This document shows positions 1-13,925 of a stretch of 64,000 bases of DNA, one piece after another. Position 1 is the first letter of the stretch. Each line of letters starts with the position of its first letter. The DNA is from Octopus sinensis. Its lineage: Eukaryota. The notes beneath the pieces are model-generated. The model was not told the DNA's origin. It did no database searches and saw nothing but the letters and a program-made list of their open reading frames with translations. Position numbers and translations under genes: made by a program. The stretch covers positions 55,118,001 to 55,182,000 of the forward strand of contig NC_042998.1 in the NCBI RefSeq assembly GCF_006345805.1. Reading direction: 5' to 3'.

Positions 1-644
1 CTATGTATCTCACTTTTATCTCCTATAGTATTGAATTTAATTACTACACTTGAAGTTTTTGTTTACTTATGTTTACCATCAATAAGAGAAAAAAATAATT
101 GGTCTCTTTGGCTACAGATACCAAAACACAGTGTGTCTCAAGGATTAATAGATGATCCTGTGGATGCAGTTATTATAAAAGAGTAGAGGCTGGATTCTGA
201 GATTAAAGAAGGGACTAACTAGTAGTGTAAACTTCATTAACAGAGTGAGAAATAGAGAGCTAGAAGTAGTTATAGTCATCAAGAGTGAAACTGATAAAAG
301 CTGAAAGCATTTGAAGAGCAAGAATGGCAGCAACTGAGTTTAGAAAAATCATAAAGAGAATGTTTCATCCAGTGTTGTGTAAGATGAAAGGTAAGACATG
401 TGGAGTCAACATGAGACTCTAAATTTTAATTAGAAGTTAAATGGGATCTGACAAATGATTCGTCCTATGTTTATTTTTTGTCTTAAACATACTTTGGAAA
501 AATCCATTTGTATACTGCCTCATTGTTACTATATGGTCTCCTTCTGTTCACATGTATAAAGTAATTATTTTTATAAAGGTTGTCTTTTTTACTTGAAATG
601 CTGTTCAGTGGTGTCACCTAATTATTCAAGGTCATTCCTTTATT

Positions 645-860
645 CCTATATTGGTTTCAATTTTTGGTGCAAGGCCAGCAATTTCAGGGGAGGGTGTAAG
701 TTGATTACATAACCCCAGCGTTCAACTGGTACTTATTTTATCGACCCTGAAAGGATGAAGGGCAAAGTTGACCTTGGCAGAATTTGAACTCAGAATGTAA
801 GGATGGATGAAATGCTGCTAAGCATTTTGACTGGCATGCAAATGATTCTGCCATCTTACT
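645..860 (-). mobile_element. SINE family C copy
   Basis: ggcaaagttgaccttggcagaatttgaactcagaatg. Confidence 0.8.
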
Positions 861-3800
861 GCCCTTTTTCATTCTTATATTATGCCTTTCTGACTGTTAT
901 TGCAAAACTTGCTTTCATTCTTCTTGCATTTTGGATTGCACAGCCACCAAAAAATATATGCCACAAAGAATTAGCAACAAAGATTATTAAAATTAGCTCT
1001 GAAGAATTTTCAACAAAAATGAACTACAAAAATAATTCTTTAAAAAAATTGAAAAAGAATATTTTTTTTACTTTTGCAAGAAACTTTATATCATTACCAA
1101 AGCTGAAGGAATCTGGACAAAGAAGTTCAGATTATTTTGTGGAAAAAAAAAAGTTTCCAATATTTTGCTATGGAGATGATTAAGATTTTATGATCAGAAT
1201 AGTGACATATTTGAGCTGAATAAAATTACCTGCTAAGAAATAAAATAAAATATTTTATTAATGGGACTTATAAAAATGTTTAAACTGGCTAATGCTTTAA
1301 TGATGCCAATAGATTATGAAAAATGTAATTCTTTTTGTTTTTGAAATCATGAAAAATACTGATGGAGGAAAAATGTTGTAAAGTTGCAATATAATTTTTA
1401 CAGTCGTTATGAAAAGAATGGAATCGGTGTCGCTGATTTTTGTGGCAGAATAAAAATAAAAATTGGCTGACGTTTGCTTCAGAGATACAGATTGTAATTC
1501 TTGAAGACTGATTATGAGTGTGCACATGTACGAAAAATGTGCAACAGACAGTTTTGGAAGAAATAGACCCAGTACTAGAAATAAGCATTGAAAATTGCTG
1601 GGACAGTTGAAAGAGCTATAGCAAACATTTGAAATTTGCCCACAGGAAAGCTTGAGACTATGTCTGGAAAGAATAATATATTTGATAGGAATCAAAGGCA
1701 AAATTGCCACAGATTCCAAGCTAAAAATTGTACAAGTGAAAATCAAGATAGGGAAAAATTAGAGTACAATTTATGCCATAAAACAGGTAAATTTTGGAAT
1801 GATTGTAGATTCAAATTAAACCAATATCAAAAGTATAATCAAAAGAATTGTTATTTTTAAAATAGAAAATGGCCAGTTTTGAGAAATATTAACTCTTATC
1901 CTAGTGAAAAGTCAAAAACTTGGTCCTGTAATGATTCTTACAAAAAAATAAATGAATGACAGAAGAGAAGATTTCTATAACAAGATTAGTATGAATCTTG
2001 ATATATCCTGCATTTCAGAACTGGATGACTGATGCAGTACCATCCAGTACTGTGTCATACAGAAAGTTAAGGGTTAAATTATTAATAGCAAATATAATGA
2101 AATCAAGCCTATAAAAAATTCCATTAGAAAATACCAGACTATATTCAAATATGATACTGAAGAGCAATGCCCAAAGCTGGAGCCAGTGAATGATCATACG
2201 TAAGCAAACCTGAATCAAAATTCAGTTTTTTGTGTTATGGACACAAGTCAATTTGACTATTCTGACAATGTCTGATCACTGAGAATGTTTCTTTCTCTTG
2301 ACCACACAACACATCCTACCAGTGGCCTCCAGCTCTTTTCTGATTCTGAACACAAGTACTCAACCATTTTCAAGAATCTAGTGACTTCCAAATCACTGTG
2401 GTTGGCAGCTAGAATTACAAGTACAGCATGCTTTTAACTTTCTTGTCTCAGATTTTTGTGTATCATTACATTAGGTTGTCTTCCTTTTATGGCCCACTAA
2501 AATGTGTTCACAAATGCCTAATGTCCTTTGTATATTATCCTATGTGAAGTAAGTTCTACAGCAGAGTTAATTTGTGTATGTAAATGATCTTATTATCTAC
2601 ACTCCCTTAGTTGTCAAGCTGGCAGAATGAGAGCATCCAACAAATGCTTAGTGCCGTTTTTTCCAACTTTTTAGATTCTGAGTTCAAATTCTGCCATGGT
2701 CAGTTTTGCCTTCAACCCTTTCAGTATCAATAAAATAAAATACCAGCTGAACACTGACATCAATGTAATTCACTGGCTCCTTCTCTAAAATTGCTGGCCT
2801 TGTGCCAATATCTGCAGTCCTTCATTGCATTTTGTTTATATTTAGCGATTGTTTGAAACATTTAGTTCAAAATACACCCTGAGAGTATTTTGAGTGGAAG
2901 TTTTCAGATAGTTTTTATTTTCCAGTGAAAAATAAAGTTAACTTCAATGAATTTCAAATTATCTATTTAACCCAAGAAAATTTTTGTATGACACCACAGA
3001 TAATCTCTGGCAGAATAAATGTATTTACTGGTTCTTTTTTTGTTCATTCTGTAGTTTGAAATATCAAGTTGTTCTGACAGAAGTTTAAATGAACGTTGTA
3101 CACACTTGATATTAGTACCGAACCAACTTAGCAGTCCCATTGTAAATGTCGTTGCCACTGCTGTTATTACTTATTTTTACTGTTAATATTCTTGACATTG
3201 TGTTTTCATTTGTGGGAATTTGAATGACAGAAATTTGAAATCAGAGGCTTCCAGTTTCAATCGATAGTTCGGTGGTTCTTTCAAATTCTGAATCAAACAC
3301 TCTTCATTCATCATCTCTGAGTTATCTGTAAAATACTTTATATTTAATATTTAATAATACTGATAATAATAAATATATTCTGATGAAATTACCAAGCCCA
3401 AGTTGCAAATATAAATAATATTGGTCAGATGACACTATCTCCTTAGATTAGTATAAATCTTTTCCTTAGGGAATGCAATTATCAACTATTACAGTGTTAA
3501 CTTTCCTGTTGGTGGTGGGTGTCACAGAAATTGAGATATTATCCTATTAAATGCTAATCTTAGGCTTGAGTGTGAAAAGTCAACTTATCATTTATCCATT
3601 AAGGTTTCCATGGTGACAGATCAACTAGTAGTGCAAGAACATCAAAACTTTTTACATCAGCCATAATCACCCATTTGTTTCTTTTATTTATTTTATTTTC
3701 TTATTTACTGTTCTTACTAAGTTAACCAACTGGGAATAAGTTTGTTGGCCTCTAAATACAGGGTACCAAAATACCATTCATGAAGATGTTAAAATTTATG

Positions 3801-6553
3801 GTAAAATACTTAAAGGATATTGTGAAATCACATTTTACTTGCTTACAAATGTTGTGTTTTTGCGGTGTTTCCAAGTTTTGTAATCAAGAACTCTGTGTAA
3901 GGAATTTTGTCTTAATTCAATATATAGTCTTGGAGTTTCTTCTTTTTTCTTCTTTACTACTTAGCAGTACCTCTGACAATTTTCAGGGCTCCTGACTCTG
4001 ATGAGCAGAAGTTATCTTCAGATCAGAAACCTGTCTTGAGTGTTTACTACCAAATATCTCTACCAAAGGCATTCAAAGACCAAGTTCAACCTGATGATGG
4101 AGTGAATTTGGTCTATCATACAGTGGAGTTTAGGTCTTGCTTTTGGAAATGTAGATATATTTGTTGAAAATTTTACTGTAGTCTTCCCAGTTATCTTGTA
4201 CCAATCATAGTGACTAACTTTAAAGCTGTCATATCTAATGAACCTACAAAAGCACCTGCACGTGTTTACCTAACCTGGAGCTAAACAAACATTGTCATTG
4301 CAACAGTATGGCAACATTCCGGATACTTATTGATCAGACCACATGTGAATGGTAGATTAACTCGGAAACAAATTCATAATCTCAATTGAGTTGTTGGACT
4401 GATACAATCTAACTCTTGCCTATAATATTTGAAGCAAAATTAAAGTCATATAGTTTATATACCAAGATTGATGAAAATATATTTATTCTTATAAATACAG
4501 TAGAACTTCAGTTTACTTACACCTCTCATCATGAACAAACCAATTTAGGAATAATTTTTCAAACAATTTGTCTCATGTGACAAACGTTGTTTGAGTAATG
4601 AACACATAAGCTGGCAACAAGCTGTGTATCAGCAGGAGAGCATCCCCTATTTGAATTCACCATGTCTTCTCTTGAATTCCCCCTCCCCCGGAAAAATAGC
4701 TTTGGCGTACAAACATTTTGGGTGACAACCTTCAGGAATGAATTAAATTTGTAAACCAAGGTTCCTCTGTACTTTGGCTATATAATAAATCAAGACTGAT
4801 GAAAATATATTTAAACTTATAAATACCTTGGCTATATTTTATAGTTTTATTCTCTCTGCCCCAACTCTTCAAATAAAGATGAGGGGAAAAAACTATTCAC
4901 TACCCTTCTACAGTTTTGTAAGCTTAATAACTTTACTTAAATTGGCTCCCTCTTTAAAAGCCATGAGAATTTAATATCAATTTGTGGTTGAATTTTTATT
5001 CCGTTTATTTATTTATTTTAGAATTATAAGTGACATTTACAAGAATTAAGTTTAACTGCCTGTATATAGTGCAGTGGTAGTATTTTATTCAGTTTTTAAA
5101 AAGCTTTCCTAACTGAAAAACTAAAAATGGATTATTCCATATATATATAGTTCCATCCATATATTGACACTGACAAACTAGCTTCACTAGCTGGAAAGAT
5201 GTCAAGTCTAATCCAATTAAGAAATATTGGCTTGTACATAGCTGTTGCTGAGATCCTTATCATGAGATTTAACTTCTCCAAAACAGTCTCTAAAAATTTT
5301 CTTTTCTTTTCTTAGCTGAAATTCTCTGCTTGGGGAAAATGGCATTCCTTTTAATTTATTTTATCTTAGATAATAAAAAGAACTACAGGATTACAGTTCC
5401 TTTTGTCATTTTTTTCCTTCTTCTACTTTTTATTTTTGTTATTAATTTTCTTGAGGACTTCCTTGTAAGTAACTCTGTCAAAGCTGTCAGTGCCATTCTT
5501 CAGTTCTATACATGCCTTTATGCCTTTACCAATAAATTGTCTCATTTTGTCTTGTGTCTGTCTTGCAAATACACTGTTTTAGATGGAAATCTTTTAGTAT
5601 TTTTACATTAAATCATTTTTTAAAATCTTATTTTTGTTTGATTTTTTTGATTTTATGTAACACTTCCTTGAAAATCAGATGACTTGATAAAATATAATAA
5701 TAATAAACGTTGTGAAATTATTTAAGCACTAATATGAACATATTTTTTCCATTTGCTAATTAGTTAATACCATTTAAGCTTAATAATGTGCAAAATTGAT
5801 TAAATTCTTTAACAGTTTGTTATATTCAAATTCTTGGCTTGTTAAAAAATACTATTTTCAATTATCAGAATATTTTCGAAGAGAATTAACCATAAATTCC
5901 TGAGATTTAGTAGAAATTTACCAAAATAACTAATTAGTATTATTTTTTCTATAGTAATATTAGCTTTTCATTTCATTTATATATATATATACATACACAC
6001 ACATATATATATGCAAATATGTATTAGTTTTTGACATACACATAACTATGTGCATCAAAAACTAATCTATATTAATAATAATAATAGCAATAATGATGGT
6101 AATAATTTTGCTAAAATACACACACACATGCACACATAATTTTTTGGGTTTTTGATACCCACATGCATGTATGTATTTGTGTCAAAAAACTAATAGAATT
6201 ATATCTAAAATAATTACACAAATTACTCTGCATCTATGCCAATTATTATTTTATTTACTGTTATATTACAGTGATAAACTAATAAATGAAATGCTTCTGA
6301 TATTTAGAGAGTAATGCCACAAATATTTGTTATTAAGCTAATAATAAATAGTAATGGAGGCGTGTAGCTTAGTGGTTAGGGTGTTGGACTCAGGGTTGTA
6401 AGATTCTGATCTCAGTTCCTGGACTGGGTGACGTGTTGTGTTCTTGAGTAAAGCACCTCATTTCACATTGCTCCAGTCCATAGCTATTCCCTACGAGTCT
6501 ATATGATTTGTTAATGCTATATATATATATATATATATACATACATATATATA

Positions 6554-7353
6554 CTAGCTGATATACCCAGTAATTCCTGGGGGTAAAGATGTTCTGTTGA
6601 AACGCCTTATTACTCTGATATAAGAAAGCAATTTCATTATAACTGCTGCAAAAGCTGTATTTTCCGTTGCAAAAAAGTACAAAAAACTGTCAGCTAAAGG
6701 TTGGTGAGAGGGGTTTTCAGAAGTTGGCAAGATAGGTCATCGGAGGTTAGCGAGAGGTGTTGTCTGAAGTTGGCAAGAAGGGTTGTCATAGGTTGGCAAG
6801 AGAGGTTCTCAGAGGAAGAGGCATTTTTGTTCCAAAATTTCAGTCTTGCAGGGCTTTGTGATACACAATGTTTTTCGTTTTGCCATTGGGTGCATAGATG
6901 AATAAATTTTCCAGATTTCCAACTCTAGAGCATCTGACATAGAGCTGTCTGTGAGAGAAAGCAGGTTCTGCAACATTTTTTGGTGCCGAAATTGAACATT
7001 TTCTCAGCAAACAATGGTCTGTGAATTGTGTGTTCAGATTGGGGAAAACTCTCGCCAACAGTTCGTGTATATTTGACACCAAATTGCCAAAGGGTAAACT
7101 AATCTTCCCATCCTTTTCAACAATTACTGTACCATTTCCAATATCTATTAATTGCCTGCAGAAGTTGTCCATGTGCGCATCACCTCCCAACTGCACTCTC
7201 ATGTTTGTTGTGAGTTTCAGCATTCTAACCTTGCTCCAAAGGTATAGAGATTTGATGCTCACATTTACCTCATCTGCTCTCGTTCACTTTGGAATGACTG
7301 GGAGCATTTGTTGAAAGTCACCTGCAAGGAGTACTGTTAGGCCGCCCATTAGC
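6554..7353 (-). mobile_element. Helitron 3' remnant with degenerate PIF1-type helicase coding sequence and intact 3' terminus
   Basis: Minus strand reads LMGGLTVLLAGDFQQMLPVIPK*TRADEVNVSIKS...LTTNMRVQL...LIDIGNG...APKN / FSHRQLYVRCSRV...TKNIVY (Helitron helicase motifs). It ends with hairpin CCCAG-GAATTA-CTGGG (6566-6581) then CTAG|T (6554-6557). Confidence 0.9.
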
Positions 7354-7407
7354 CTTGAGTTGCACCTCATATCTTGAAGTAATCTGTCAAGAGCCTCAAA
7401 AGCCCCC

Positions 7408-7458
7408 TTATCTATCTATCTATCCATCTATCTATCTATCCATCTATCTATCTATCTA

Positions 7459-7527
<69 letters not shown>

Positions 7528-7538
7528 TTATATATATA
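7408..7538. repeat. (TCTA)n-(TA)n microsatellite
   Basis: Directly visible. Confidence 0.95.
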
Positions 7539-7730
7539 CAGGGTATTCCAGAAGTTGTGCACCATTCTGGTTTTCATTAAAAATAATTCACACAATTCAT
7601 TTTACTTTTATAATTGCGGAGGCTGCTCAATTTGAGCATTTGTTATTATTTTCAATAAAGTGTTTCTGAAATCAATAAGGTTGTGTTTTTATTTAAAAAC
7701 CAGGGTGGTGCGCAACTTCAGGGCACCTTG
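7539..7730. mobile_element. Tc1/mariner-type MITE (192 bp)
   Basis: Imperfect ~35-bp TIRs CAGGGTATTCCAGAAGTTGTGCACCATTCTGGTTTT / AAAACCAGGGTGGTGCGCAACTTCAGGGCACCTTG, TA on both sides, within (TA)n. Confidence 0.85.
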
Positions 7731-10700
7731 TATATATATATTTATATATATTTATATATATATATATATTTATATGTGTGTGTGTGTGTGTGTGTATATA
7801 TTGTATTGTTTCCTTGCTTTGACATAGTGTGTTAGTTGTAAACAAGTGTCACCATGATCCAAATGATGGTCTTCATTTCCAATCATCCATGGAAACATAT
7901 CTGATCCTGAGGAAATATTTCCTCACAAAATCTACCTCAGCAAATTCTGTCTAACCCATGGACATTATATTGATGATGATGATGATGATATCCAAATTAA
8001 TGAGACTAATAAATTATATTGTCTGCTTCCTTTAAAGCTGGGAATGGATCAGGAAAGAGAAGTTTTACCTGACATGTCCCTATGTAGTAGATAGAGTAAT
8101 GATCTCTTGATACTGGGATTAGCGGTGAATACAGAAATAAGCAATCCATGACTAAACACAGCCTGTCTTTGTTTGACAAAGAGTAACATCAAACACCCAG
8201 CAGGTCTGACTGTGAGAAACAGCATCGTATATGTGCTGTCTTATTGAAAGAGTCACACCTTCTGATGATCACACTCACAATGATGGGCAGAGATCTTGGC
8301 TGTTGACTTCACAGAGAAATTTTTGTAATGTCAACTACCAGAATCACCCACTACTCCCAAATGTATTTTTGTAACATCTATATGCCTGGTAACTTACACT
8401 GGAATCATGTTCTCATCTTGCATCACCTACCACATGGATTAACCAAGGGTGTATTCTGCTGTTTGCTATGTGTGGGTCAGTATTCAAATACTCTGCTACA
8501 GAGCCATCTAAAAGCATTCTTTAATGCTACATTTAAAAAGAGAAAAAAAAATGGAACCTTTATAAGATGGCAGTTCTGGTAGATATATAACAAGCTAATC
8601 CACCCACTAACAGAAAAATGCACCTCGGATAATATAGTCCTGGATACACAATGTCTAGAAAAAAAAAGAAAAAAGATTTTGATGATTAATTCTTTACTGA
8701 TTAGAGGCCTGACCTGTGGCTAAGGAACAAGAAGTATCTCCCTACTGAGATATCTGAGCATATCATTTTACATAGAATCAACTTTGTTATCTGGTTTTAT
8801 GTTTTGAACAAAAGCTAATTATCCAAGTAATTTATTTCCTATTGTTTCAAAGTCGCCGGTTTAAATTTTTTTTTCGTATAAATACTAGTCTTTTGCTATC
8901 CTACTTACTACATTCATATAAAAGTCTGTGAAGCTGTAATCACGTATTGTTTAATATTCTTTAGAATTTACATCTTACTATTAAGAGGAAAAAAAACTAT
9001 CAAATGGAACAAATATGATTTTATTTCACATTCCACACTTTTGTAAGTTGTTTCACTTTGTAATACATTATTTTGTTTATAAGAATAATTGTATTTATTT
9101 TGATTTTTCAGTTCTTATTGCTTTTAAATTAATATTATTTAATTTGTTCTCTCATTTTCATGTTGCTTTTCTGAGAAATTTGATTTTTGATTAATTATAT
9201 GACTTGTATGTTTTCAATTGACACAGATTTTATTTCTTTATTTCTTCTGTCTAGTTCTTGTTGTTAAAACCCTGGTTGAGCAGACTTGTGATCAAAAGTA
9301 TTCTAACTATAGACAAATAGTGTTTTCAAACATAGTTTATCTCAAACTACTGTATTCTATACACCTCTGTTTTTTTTTAAAGATGATAAAGAGAGATTTG
9401 ACTTCTGTTTCTAGTAGGTAGAGCAACCATGTAGAGGTACCCTCACTGGTTTGTTTAAAGGCTAAATATAACAGGCAGTGAGTAAGGGACACATTTTACC
9501 TTAATATATGAGAAATTGCATAATGTTCAGTAGATAAATTAATAAAGTTAGGATATATTCTTTGCTCATGAATACTAATTCTTTCTTCTATAGGAACAAG
9601 GCATCAAATTTTGTTGGGAGGGGTAAATCAGTTACATTCACCTAAATACCAGTTGAGCTCTGGAATCAATATAATCAACTAGCCCTCTCCTGCAAAATTA
9701 ACTGGCCTTGCACCAAATTTTGAAACAAAGGTGGAAGCTGGGAAGAAAGGTTAATGGCATTTCTTCCAGTTTTACATTCTGAGTTCAAATTTCACCAAGA
9801 TCAACTTTCCCTTTCATCAGTTGCAGGGTCAGTGAAATAAGTGTCAATTGAGTACTAGGACCAATGTAATTGACTAGCACCCTTCCCACAAAATTTTAGA
9901 TCTTGTGCTTAGTAACAGAATTGTTTGAACGACAAACAAATTGATTTGCAGCATTTGTTCTAAGGGGGATGATGGGATTTGATAAAGTACCAGTCAAGTA
10001 CTGAGATTGATAAACTGTAAAACCTCATGTAATTTGTGTAATTTATGCAGGTGATTTCAGGATAAAAATTGTTAAAAAAAGCTTCTACTCATGTAAAATT
10101 TGCTTCCAAAAGTTTTCAGAATTGTTGTTATGGCCATAGGGAAAAGGTTTTCAATTTAGTTGTATTTAGCACAATTTCACTTACTTATGATGAGATTTTA
10201 TTAAATTTTCATTCCATAAAAATAATTTCTTTTTAACATATAGGCCTCCAACCAGGACTTTCACAATAGCCTTAAAGTCAGGAATTTTTTGGCACTCCCT
10301 CATATGGTTTCAAATAATTCCAACATATAAGCCCACAAATGCCATGTTTGTAGGAATAAAGCTTCATGATAAATATTTAGCAATAATCAAGTAATAGGTG
10401 CGACATTAAATCTGGTGAGGAGGTTTCATTTCTGTAATTGTAGGGAGCGTGTAGTCACCTCTTAATTATCATTGCTCCCCGGTCCATTCTGACCGGGAAC
10501 ATTAATACCTGTTAGGGCCCCATCTATGGGTTAAATAGATTTTTGTAAGAGTAGATTGAGTTTCGTAGCTGTAGTGAAAGCAATCATTCTATGAGAAACA
10601 AAACTTCAAAATTGATATCAGCTTCCAACTTGCCCTAAACCAGCACAGAAAAGTATGGCTAATGAAATTAACATGGGGTGCATCACAGATTCAGATCAGA

Positions 10701-11274
10701 GAAGGTCAACTATAGAACCTCAACAAGCAACCAGAAGGGTATCTCAGTAGCCCTGGACTGGTGCCAAGGATCGAATACTATGAGGCAACTGGCAGAGATA
10801 GTGGGAAATGAGGAATCAAGTATAGTAACACTTCAATATACAAGTTAATTTGATCCAGGAGGTTGCTCGTAAAGCGAAAACTTGTAAAGCAGAGATATAA
10901 TTTCCCATAGTAGCAATGAAATTTTATGCTCTCATTTTACTCCATCAGTAAAATGATGTGTAGATACATCAGAGCCAGTGTTGCCACATGTTGCAACATT
11001 GCCACACACACAAAATGATTTATTATAAAATAATACTCATAAAACTGGGGTCTCGTAGAGTGGGTCCTTGTGAAGTGAAGTATTACTGTAATTATAACAG
11101 GCATTTTGAACAAGTCTTGTGTATTTTGTGGTCTTTTGGTCAGGGGAAAAATTTGATATAGATGGAAAGCATTGTGGTATTAAGCAAGTTTTAAAGTTAA
11201 GAAAAGAAAATGGATTCTCCAAAGTACAAGTGGAAGTCCATTGAAATTCAAATTGCTTTGTATTTACACTTTAA

Positions 11275-11464
11275 CCCTTATCAAATGTATTGCTTATTTA
11301 TTCATATTGTTTTGAATGAATTGTAGCTTCAAGAGATCAATGATGTGATCATTTATTTTTAGTATGACATTATAGGTTGGGTGTGAGTGGTCAGATCTAG
11401 ACAATTTGAACATGAAAGAGGTACAATATCTGGGCTGGATATGGCCAGTTTAAATGGTAATGGG
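11275..11464. mobile_element. piggyBac-type MITE, second family
   Basis: TTAA|CCCTT ... AATGGG|TTAA; interior homologous to copies at 31139, 36077 and 48796. Confidence 0.7.
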
Positions 11465-11559
11465 TTAAGCATTATAAAGAGTTTTAGAAACAGATGCCTA
11501 TTTGAACCTCCATATGGCAACTGCAGTCTGGTTTATAAAGTAAAATAATCCAAGGACTG

Positions 11560-12120
11560 CAAAAATGTTTGAAATACAGCTACTGGTGCTGGAGTTGAAG
11601 CTTGCAGGATAACCAAACATTTGGAGAATTGGTTCATAGAGTAAGTAAGGTGGAGCTGGCAATTATGTGAAAGTTATTGAATGTATTGCCCAAGAATGTT
11701 GCTGGATTATAAATATTTATGTATGTATTTAAGCTGCCAAGCACTGATGCCATTGGACATTTGAAATGGCTTGCTGGAACTGGTAAATAAATTCTGTTGT
11801 CTAGCTTATGTAATTGGTTCTGAAAGGAGAGTTAGCGATAGCATAGGGAGTTGAGTTTATAGTGGCTGAAAAAAATTAACAAACTGCAGCATATGTTTGA
11901 AATAAATGAAAGGGATTCTGTTGCTATTCAAAAGGTTAAACATATTAAGAATGTCAGGAGTGTAGTGGAGCATAGCAGATTTGCACTAATTAGAGAGTTA
12001 ATAACTTCAGTATGATTAATTGAAAATGTAATGGGAACTTGAGTGGTATGTTTAAGCAAATGAGTTGTCAAAAGTACATAAACATCTAAAGTATCACTTA
12101 CCATATCCATAAGAGATGAC
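11560..12120 (-). pseudogene. Degenerate LINE endonuclease remnant
   Basis: Minus strand DTLDVYVLLTTH...NSLISA resembles the TLDL...SDHxLIS end of APE domains. Confidence 0.35.
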
Positions 12121-12384
12121 TGTTAATACCAATAAGATTAAATGAAAAAATCTTGGTAAAGGGTAGGAATCCTAGCTGCTTTAAATGCTGGTCTTCGCAA
12201 TCTCTGAGCAATTCCATAGATATAACTTCATAAACTCATGAATTCCTTTGTAGAGCTAGTTCTGATCCATTTGCTCACCTGCAAAGCTCAAGCAAAATCT
12301 AAGCAGGAGTACTATTCCTATATATATGTGGAGGCAGTGGTGGTGTTACTGTCTACATATATTAACATGGTAAACTGAACCAGA

Positions 12385-12722
12385 CATTGTTAAGAAGCCT
12401 ATTTTCCAACCATGTGGTCTTGGGTTCAGTCCCACAGTGTGCCACCTTGGACAAATGTCTTCTACTGTATCCATAACCAAAGCCTTGTGAGTGTATTTGG
12501 TGGATGGAAACTCTGTGTGTGTGTATGCATGCATATGTTTTGTATTTGTCCTGCACAACCACTTGATAACTGGTGTTGTTTTGTTTATGCCCCCATAACT
12601 TAGTGGTTTATCAAAAAGAAACCAATAGAATAAGTACCAGGCTTTAAAAAATAAGTACTGGGGTCCAAGGCAGTGCCCCAGCATGGCCACACTTCGATGA
12701 CTGAAACAATAAACGATTAAAA
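12385..12722 (+). mobile_element. SINE family B copy
   Basis: Homologous to 16283-16700 across head, microsatellite and tail. Confidence 0.8.
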
Positions 12723-13042
12723 AGAAAATTTGTTTTTTTTTTAAATAACATAGAGATATTCAACTGAAGAGGAAAGAGTCAGTCACCAACCAGCTTCAGA
12801 TCTGCTATCTCAGAAGATGCTGTTTTATCTGTTTTGAACCCATGTTTCCTTATAACCACGTCCTTTGTCTCATTTCTCTGGATACTGCACTAAATGCATA
12901 GCCCAGTCCTTTCCACTCATAATCAACACCTCTAGAATTCCCTCTGTCTTTGTTTTCTCACAGACACTGTTTTACAGATGTTCAAACTCAGCATCAACCT
13001 TATGATTCATTTCATCTGTCTTGTATAACTTGCAAATGTGAA

Positions 13043-13370
13043 GGTACATGGCTCAGTGGCTAGAGCATCAGGTTAGAGCATGAGGTAGTGAGTTCAGTTC
13101 CTGGCTTGGGCTGTGTGTTGAGCAAGACACTTTATTTTACATTGCTCGCTCAGCTGTAGAAACAAGTTGCAACGTCACTCGCGCCAAGCTGTATCGGCCT
13201 TTGCCTTTCCCTTGAACAACATTGGTGGTCTGGAGAAGGGAGGCTGGAATGCAAGGACGACTGCTGGCCTTCCGTTAATAACAACCTTGCCCAGACTTGT
13301 GCTTCAGAGGGGAACTTTCTAGGTGCAGTCCCATGGTCATTCATGACTGAAGAGTGTCTTTACCTTTTAT
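13043..13370 (+). mobile_element. SINE family A (tRNA-like head, about 330 bp)
   Basis: atggctcagtggctagagc head, gtgttgagcaagacactttattt core, tail cccatggtcattcatgactgaag; homologues at 6357-6480(+), 43065-43330(-), 50430-50635(-), 56050-56372(-). Confidence 0.8.
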
Positions 13371-13439
13371 ATAACTTGCAATGGTGAAGGACAATGTCAG
13401 TTCTGACTTATTATTTTTTTAAAAATCATGAATAAATTT

Positions 13440-13594
13440 ATGTGCAAGTGTCGCAGTGTAGTAAGAAGCTTGCTTCCCAACCACATGGTTCCAAGTTCAG
13501 TTTTGCTGTGTGGCACCCTGGGCAAGTAGCTTCTGCTATATCTTTGAACTAACCTGAGCCTTGAGTGGATTTGATAGAAACTGAAAGAAGCCTG

Positions 13595-13636
<42 letters not shown>

Positions 13637-13925
13637 AAAATAGGATAAAATCTTTATAAGAATTTAACAAGTAGTTAGCGTGAAAAACCTCATAAGAGAA
13701 AAAAACCATCAAATTTTCTCTTAAATATATTTGTATCTTTGTGTCTATGTTTGTCTTCTCCACCACCATTCCACAACTTGTATTTGTTTGTCCCCCGTAA
13801 CTTAGTGATTTGGCAAAAAGAGACCAATAGAATAAGTACCAGGGTTGATTCATCTGACTAAAAGTTCTTGGCAGTACCCTAGCATGACCACAATCTAATG
13901 ACTGAAACAGATAAAAGAATGTGAT
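13440..13925 (+). mobile_element. SINE family B copy
   Basis: Homologous to 16283-16700. Confidence 0.8.

Noticed and set aside
803-1183. 126-aa ORF
   Set aside because: Starts inside an antisense SINE C and runs through low-complexity A/T sequence; no recognisable domain
6020-6196. About 25-nt inverted repeats (attagtttttgaca / tgtcaaaaaactaat)
   Set aside because: Short, AT-rich and degenerate with no TSD; cannot be separated from background
6357-6435. tRNA-like sequence
   Set aside because: Degenerate SINE A head: no proper cloverleaf, and it continues into the SINE core; likewise for the other SINE heads
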